Assembly: GCA_964016885.1 (NCBI GenBank)
Contig: OZ024765.1
Location: 2,480,001 to 2,544,000, forward strand
Reading direction: 5' to 3'
Source: Eledone cirrhosa
Taxonomy: Eukaryota
DNA length: 64,000 bases
The notes beneath the pieces were generated by a model. It worked only from the letters and a program-made list of their open reading frames with translations. It made no database searches and was not told the origin of the DNA. A program made the translations under genes and the position numbers. Of the stretch, positions 56,801 to 64,000 are shown one piece after another (the first letter of the stretch is position 1; the number at the start of each line of letters is the position of its first letter).

Positions 56801-59800
56801 ATCTAACCAGCCAGCCTACCACCCATCTAACCATCCAGCCAGCCTACCACCCATCTAACCATCCAGCCAGCCTACCACCCATCTAACCAGCCAGCCTACC
56901 ATCCATCTAACCAGCCAGCCTACCACCCATCTAACCATCCAGCCAGCCTACCATCCATCTAACCAGCCAGCCTACCATCCATCTAACCAGCCAGCCTACC
57001 AACCATCTAACCATCCAGCCAGCCTACCACCCAGCTAACCAGCCAGCCTACCACCCATTTAACCAGCCAGCCTACCATCCATCTTACCATCCAGCCAGCC
57101 TACCACCCATTTAACCAGCCAGCCTACCATCCATCTAACCAGCCAGCCTACCACCCATCTAACCATCCAGCCAGCCTACCACCCATCTAACCATCCAGCC
57201 AGCCTACCACCCATCTAACCAGCCAGCCTACCATCCATCTAACCAGCCAGCCTACCATCCATCTAACCAGCCAGCCTACCACCCATCTAACCAGCCAGCC
57301 TACCACCCATCTAACCAGCCAGCCTACCATCCATCTAACCATCCAGCCTACCACCCATCTAACCATCCAGCCAGCCTACCACCCATCTAACCATCCAGCC
57401 AGCCTACCACCCATCTAACCAGCCAGCCTACCATCCATCTAACCAGCCAGCCTACCATCCATCTAACCAGCCAGCCTACCACCCATCTAACCAGCCAGCC
57501 TACCACCCATCTAACCAGCCAGCCTACCATCCATCTAACCATCCAGCCTACCACCCATCTAACCATCCAGCCAGCCTACCACCCATCTAACCATCCAGCC
57601 AGCCTACCACCCATCTAACCAGCCAGCCTACCATCCATCTAACCAGCCAGCCTACCATCCATCTAACCATCCAGCCAGCCTACCACCCATCTAACCAGCC
57701 AGCCTACCATCCATCTAACCAGCCAGCCTACCACCCATCTAACCATCCAGCCAGCCTACCATCCATCTAACCAGCCAGCCTACCATCCATCTAACCAGCC
57801 AGCCTACCAACCATCTAACCATCCAGCCAGCCTACCACCCAGCTAACCAACCAGCCAGCCTACCACCCATCTAACCAGCCAGCCTACCACCCATCTAACC
57901 AGCCAGCCTACCACCCATCTAACCAGCCAGCCTACCACCCATTTAACCAGCCAGCCTACCATCCATCTTACCATCCAGCCAGCTTACCATCCATCTAACC
58001 AGCCAGCCAGCCTACCACCCATCTAACCAGCTAGCCTACCATCCATCTAACAAACCAGCCAGCCTACCATCCATCAAACCAGCCAGCCTACCATCCATCT
58101 AACCAGCCAGCCTACCATCCATCTAACCAGCCAGCCTACCACCCATCTAACCATCCAGCCAGCCTACCACCCATCTAACCATCCAGCCAGCCTACCACCC
58201 ATCTAACCAGCCAGCCTACCATCCATCTAACCAGCCAGCCTACCACCCATCTAACCATCCAGCCAGCCTACCATCCATCTAACAAACCAGCCAGCCTACC
58301 ATCCATCTAACCAGCCAGCCTACCACCCATCTAACCATCCAGCCAGCCTACCACCCATCTAACCATCCAGCCAGCCTACCACCCATCTAACCAGCCAGCC
58401 TACCATCCATCTAACCAGCCAGCCTACCACCCATCTAACCATCCAGCCAGCCTACCATCCATCTAACCAGCCAGCCTACCATCCATCTAACCAGCCAGCC
58501 TACCAACCATCTAACCATCCAGCCAGCCTACCACCCAGCTAACCAGCCAGCCTACCACCCATTTAACCAGCCAGCCTACCATCCATCTTACCATCCAGCC
58601 AGCCTACCACCCATTTAACCAGCCAGCCTACCATCCATCTAACCAGCCAGCCTACCACCCATCTAACCATCCAGCCAGCCTACCACCCATCTAACAATCC
58701 AGCCAGCCTACCACCCATCTAACCAGCCAGCCTACCATCCATCTAACCAGCCAGCCTACCATCCATCTAACCAGCCAGCCTACCACCCATCTAACCAGCC
58801 AGCCTACCACCCATCTAACCAGCCAGCCTACCATCCATCTAACCATCCAGCCTACCACCCATCTAACCATCCAGCCAGCCTACCACCCATCTAACCATCC
58901 AGCCAGCCTACCACCTATCTAACCAGCCAGCCTACCATCCATCTAACCAGCCAGCCTACCATCCATCTAACCATCCAGCCAGCCTACCACCCATCTAACC
59001 AGCCAGCCTACCATCCATCTAACCAGCCAGCCTACCACCCATCTAACCATCCAGCCAGCCTACCATCCATCTAACCAGCCAGCCTACCATCCATCTAACC
59101 AGCCAGCCTACCAACCATCTAACCATCCAGCCAGCCTACCACCCAGCTAACCAACCAGCCAGCCTACCACCCATCTAACCAGCCAGCCTACCACCCATCT
59201 AACCAGCCAGCCTACCACCCATCTAACCAGCCAGCCTACCACCCATTTAACCAGCCAGCCTACCATCCATCTTACCATCCAGCCAGCTTACCATCCATCT
59301 AACCAGCCAGCCAGCCTACCACCCATCTAACCAGCTAGCCTACCATCCATCTAACAAACCAGCCAGCCTACCATCCATCAAACCAGCCAGCCTACCATCC
59401 ATCTAACCAGCCAGCCTACCATCCATCTAACCAGCCAGCCTACCACCCATCTAACCATCCAGCCAGCCTACCACCCATCTAACCATCCAGCCAGCCTACC
59501 ACCCATCTAACCAGCCAGCCTACCATCCATCTAACCAGCCAGCCTACCACCCATCTAACCATCCAGCCAGCCTACCATCCATCTAACAAACCAGCCAGCC
59601 TACCATCCATCTAACCAGCCAGCCTACCACCCATCTAACCATCCAGCCAGCCTACCACCCATCTAACCATCCAGCCAGCCTACCACCCATCTAACCAGCC
59701 AGCCTACCATCCATCTAACCAGCCAGCCTACCACCCATCTAACCATCCAGCCAGCCTACCATCCATCTAACCAGCCAGCCTACCATCCATCTAACCAGCC

Positions 59801-60987
59801 AGCCTACCAACCATCTAACCATCCAGCCAGCCTACCACCCAGCTAACCAGCCAGCCTACCACCCATTTAACCAGCCAGCCTACCATCCATCTTACCATCC
59901 AGCCAGCCTACCACCCATTTAACCAGCCAGCCTACCATCCATCTTACCATCCAGCCAGCTTACCATCCATCTAACCAGCCAGCCAGCCTACCATCCATCT
60001 AACCAGCCAGCCTACCATCCATCAAACCAGCCAGCCTACCACCCATCAAACCAGCCAGCCAGCCTACCATCCATCAAACCAGCCAGCCACCCTACCATCC
60101 ATCTAACCAGCCAGCCTACCACCCATCTAACCAGCCAGCCTACCACCCATCTAACCAGCCAGCCTACCACCCATCTAACCAGCCAGCCTACCACCCATCT
60201 AACCTGCCAGCCTACCACCCATCTAACCATCCAGCCTACCATCCATCTAGCCATCCAGCCAGCCTACCATCCATCTAACCAGCCAGCCTACCACCCATCT
60301 AACCATCCAGCCTACCATCCATCTAGCCATCCAGCCAGCCTACCACCCATCCCACCAGCCAGCCTACCACCCATCTAACCAGCCAGCCACCCTACCATCC
60401 ATCTAACCAGCCAGCCTACCATCCATCAAACCAGCCAGCCTACCACCCATCAAACCAGCCAGCCAGCCTACCATCCATCTAACCAGCCAGCCACCCTACC
60501 ACCCATCTAACCAGCCAGCCTACCATCCATCAAACCAGCCAGCCTACCATCCATCAAACCAGCCAGCCTACCATCCATCAAACCAGCCAGCCTACCATCC
60601 ATCTAACCAGCCAGCCTACCATCCATCTAACCAGCCAGCCTACCACCCATCCCACCAGCCAGCCTACCATCCATCTAACCAGCCACCCTACCATCCATCA
60701 AACCAGCCAGCCACCCTACCACGCATCAAACCAGCCAGCCACCCTACCACCCATCTAACCAGCCAGCCTACCATCCATCTAACCAGCCAGCCTACCATCC
60801 ATCAAACCAGCCAGCCTACCATCCATCAAACCAGCCAGCCTACCATCCATCAAACCAGCCAGCCTACCACCCATCTAACCAGCCAGCCTACCATCCATCA
60901 AACCAGCCAGCCTACCACCCATCAAACCAGCCAGCCTACCATCCATCAAACCAGCCAGCCTACCATCCATCAAACCATCCAGCCAGT
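53850..60987. repeat. 7.1-kb satellite of 23/27-bp units with higher-order repeats
   Basis: Unit ccatctaacc(atcc)agccagcctacca(t/c). Confidence 0.97.
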
Positions 60988-61404
60988 TACTTGCCTAACC
61001 AATTTGTTAGAAAGTCGACATCAAAGTTTTGTGACATTTCATTGTAACAGAATTTCTTCGACAAATATTTGAGAAAGAAAAAATATATTCCTGTATATTT
61101 ACTGCTGAACTGTCGTTACAGACCTCGACAAAAGACTTTACCACTGAACTGTTAACATTTCACTAACAAGGGCAGGAGTAGGGTGACAGTCTTTGGGAGG
61201 GTCAACACATGAGTTCATACCGGGAATGACTGCAGCCCGCCTGAAGGAAGGAAGGAGTATCGTGGGGGGGGGGGGGCTGTTGTAGCGGGTGTCGCTGGCC
61301 ATTGTCCGCAGAAATGCCTTTGCAATGTTGACCCCTGGGTTCAGCTGAAAAACTTCCTAGCAAGTAAATCTTGGGAACTGAATACAATTCTATATTTATA
61401 TATA

Positions 61405-61592
61405 ATTGTTTCTACTTTTGGTACAAGGCCAGCAATTACCCAGTGTATTACTGGTACTTTATTTTATCGACCCTGTAAGGATGAAAGGCAAAGTTAACCT
61501 CGGCGGGATTTGAACTCAGAATGGCAAGGGCCGTAACTCTATGCGTCAAAGCATGGCGTCCGACCCTCTACCGATACTGCCAATCCACCGCC
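61405..61592 (-). mobile_element. tRNA-derived SINE
   Basis: Reverse complement of the 18975-19155 type. Confidence 0.88.
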
Positions 61593-61837
61593 CTTATAGA
61601 TAATAAACACAACCACAAGGATATGGTCCGTACGTGGAAGAGCCGAACTCCCACTGCCATCGCCTCCATCTCTTTCGCCCTCCCCATCTCTCTGTATGGT
61701 GAGCAAATGGGGTCTCACGTGCTGGCCGCCCCACAGCCCGGGCGGACAGAATGGACAAGGCGTTTCCTCAGAGGATGGTAAGGGAGATGCGCCGGATGAG
61801 CCATTCCAGCTCGCCAGGCTCACACCTGCGGCTGGTT

Positions 61838-62047
61838 GGCTCAGCACCTATGGTGGTAAGTGGGGAGGTAACCCTTGGGCCAAGGACACCAGAAGTCTTA
61901 ACTGCTACAGGTAGCCAGCTCAGCGCCTATGGTGGTAAGTGGGGAGGTAGCCCTAGGGCCAAGGACACCAGAAGTCTTAACTGCTACAGGTAGCCAGCTC
62001 AGCGCCTATGGTGGTAATGAGGGAGGTAGCCCTAGGGCCAAGGACAC
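61838..62047. repeat. 79-bp tandem repeat, ~2.6 copies, after a GC-rich unclassified segment
   Basis: ctcagc.cctatggtggtaa.tg/agggaggta.ccct.gggccaaggacac occurs three times. Confidence 0.85.
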
Positions 62048-62113
62048 TGTATGAATGTATGTATTGTATATATACATATATGAATGTATGTATGTGCTGT
62101 ATATATATATATA

Positions 62114-62146
<33 letters not shown>

Positions 62147-62226
62147 GTGTGTGAGTGTGTGTATATGTATATGTATAGATATATATATAGATATATGTAT
62201 GTATGTAAATATATACACACGCACAT

Positions 62227-62284
<58 letters not shown>

Positions 62285-62286
<2 letters not shown>

Positions 62287-62462
62287 CGAAGGAGGTGTGG
62301 TAAGGAACCAGGTGTACCATAACGCACCAGAGTACTCAATACTTAAGGTAGTAGAGTGGGTAATAGGAAAAAGTATGACCCCGACTGCAGAGCTCAAGCT
62401 ATTCCTGGTCCAGAAATAGCCGTCGAAACCGCTTGAGCTCTGCCGACGGGGTCATACTTTTT

Positions 62463-62467
<5 letters not shown>
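62285..62467. mobile_element. Palindromic Penelope-like terminus, family D, inside (TA)n
   Basis: Arms 62363-62399 and 62431-62467; the spacer carries the HHR stem II-GAAAC remnant. Confidence 0.7.
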
Positions 62468-62506
<39 letters not shown>

Positions 62507-62835
62507 TATCTATAGGTGTGTGTATGTGCATATGCATGTGAAGGCATGCGTGTGTGTGGGTGGCTGTGTATTTCTTAATTATTTCACAGAAACACTTAAA
62601 GAACCTTCCAGAAAGGCGTGGGGTGGAGTGAAGTGGGGGCGTGGTGTTCAGGGGCCCTTCTTTTATTTCAAGTATGTTATTAGATCTTTGTTTAAGGTGG
62701 GGTTTCTAGACTGGGAGATGAAGGGGTGAGGGTTAAAAGTATATACACACATGCCTTGCAGAAGTTTCTAGTGTCAAGTCAGGTAAACCGAAACAACAAC
62801 AACAACAACAACAACAAGAACAACAACAACAATCA

Positions 62836-63048
62836 TGGTTTCTACAACAGGCACAAGGCTAGCAATTTTAGGGGGGGGGGTAAGTCGATTAAATCAACCC
62901 CAGTGCGTTACTGGTACTTTATTTTATCGACCCCGTATGGGTGAAAGTCAAAGTTAGCCTCGGCGGGATTTCAACTCAGAACGCAAAGGGCCGTAACTCT
63001 ATGCTGCAAAGCATGGTGTCCGATGCTCTACCGATTACTGCAAATCCA
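62836..63048 (-). mobile_element. tRNA-derived SINE with (TTG)n tail
   Basis: ctggtactttattttatcgaccccg...ggcgggatttcaactcagaa. Confidence 0.88.
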
Positions 63049-63114
63049 CTAGCAATGATGATAAAGAAAGGTGGGTTTGGAAAGACGGTGATTGTATCAG
63101 ATAGATAGATAGAT

Positions 63115-63990
<876 letters not shown>

Positions 63991-64000
63991 ACAACTATAA

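Overview
Eukaryotic, AT-rich, microsatellite-saturated genomic DNA. The SINE/LINE repertoire suggests an octopod cephalopod, but this is inference. Almost all track ORFs are repeat artefacts. Real content: (1) the first two coding exons of a minus-strand CLC-family chloride channel/antiporter gene (3252-3109, 1849-1707), continuing off the left edge; (2) a near-complete CR1-group LINE (33973-37648, minus) with an intact APE+RT ORF2 and a CCCH zinc-finger ORF1 remnant, where ORF2 has no AUG before the endonuclease and overlaps ORF1 in the -1 frame across two canonical slippery heptamers; (3) several hammerhead ribozyme (HHR) motifs in Penelope-like termini, including a tandem pair 396 bp apart (retrozyme-like) and small palindromic elements whose inversion point lies in the HHR core; (4) RTE, Tx1-like, Helitron, piggyBac-like, hAT, Mariner and SINE remnants, several of which seeded tandem arrays; (5) a 7 kb satellite with higher-order structure. 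All family assignments come from motif recognition by eye, not database searches.
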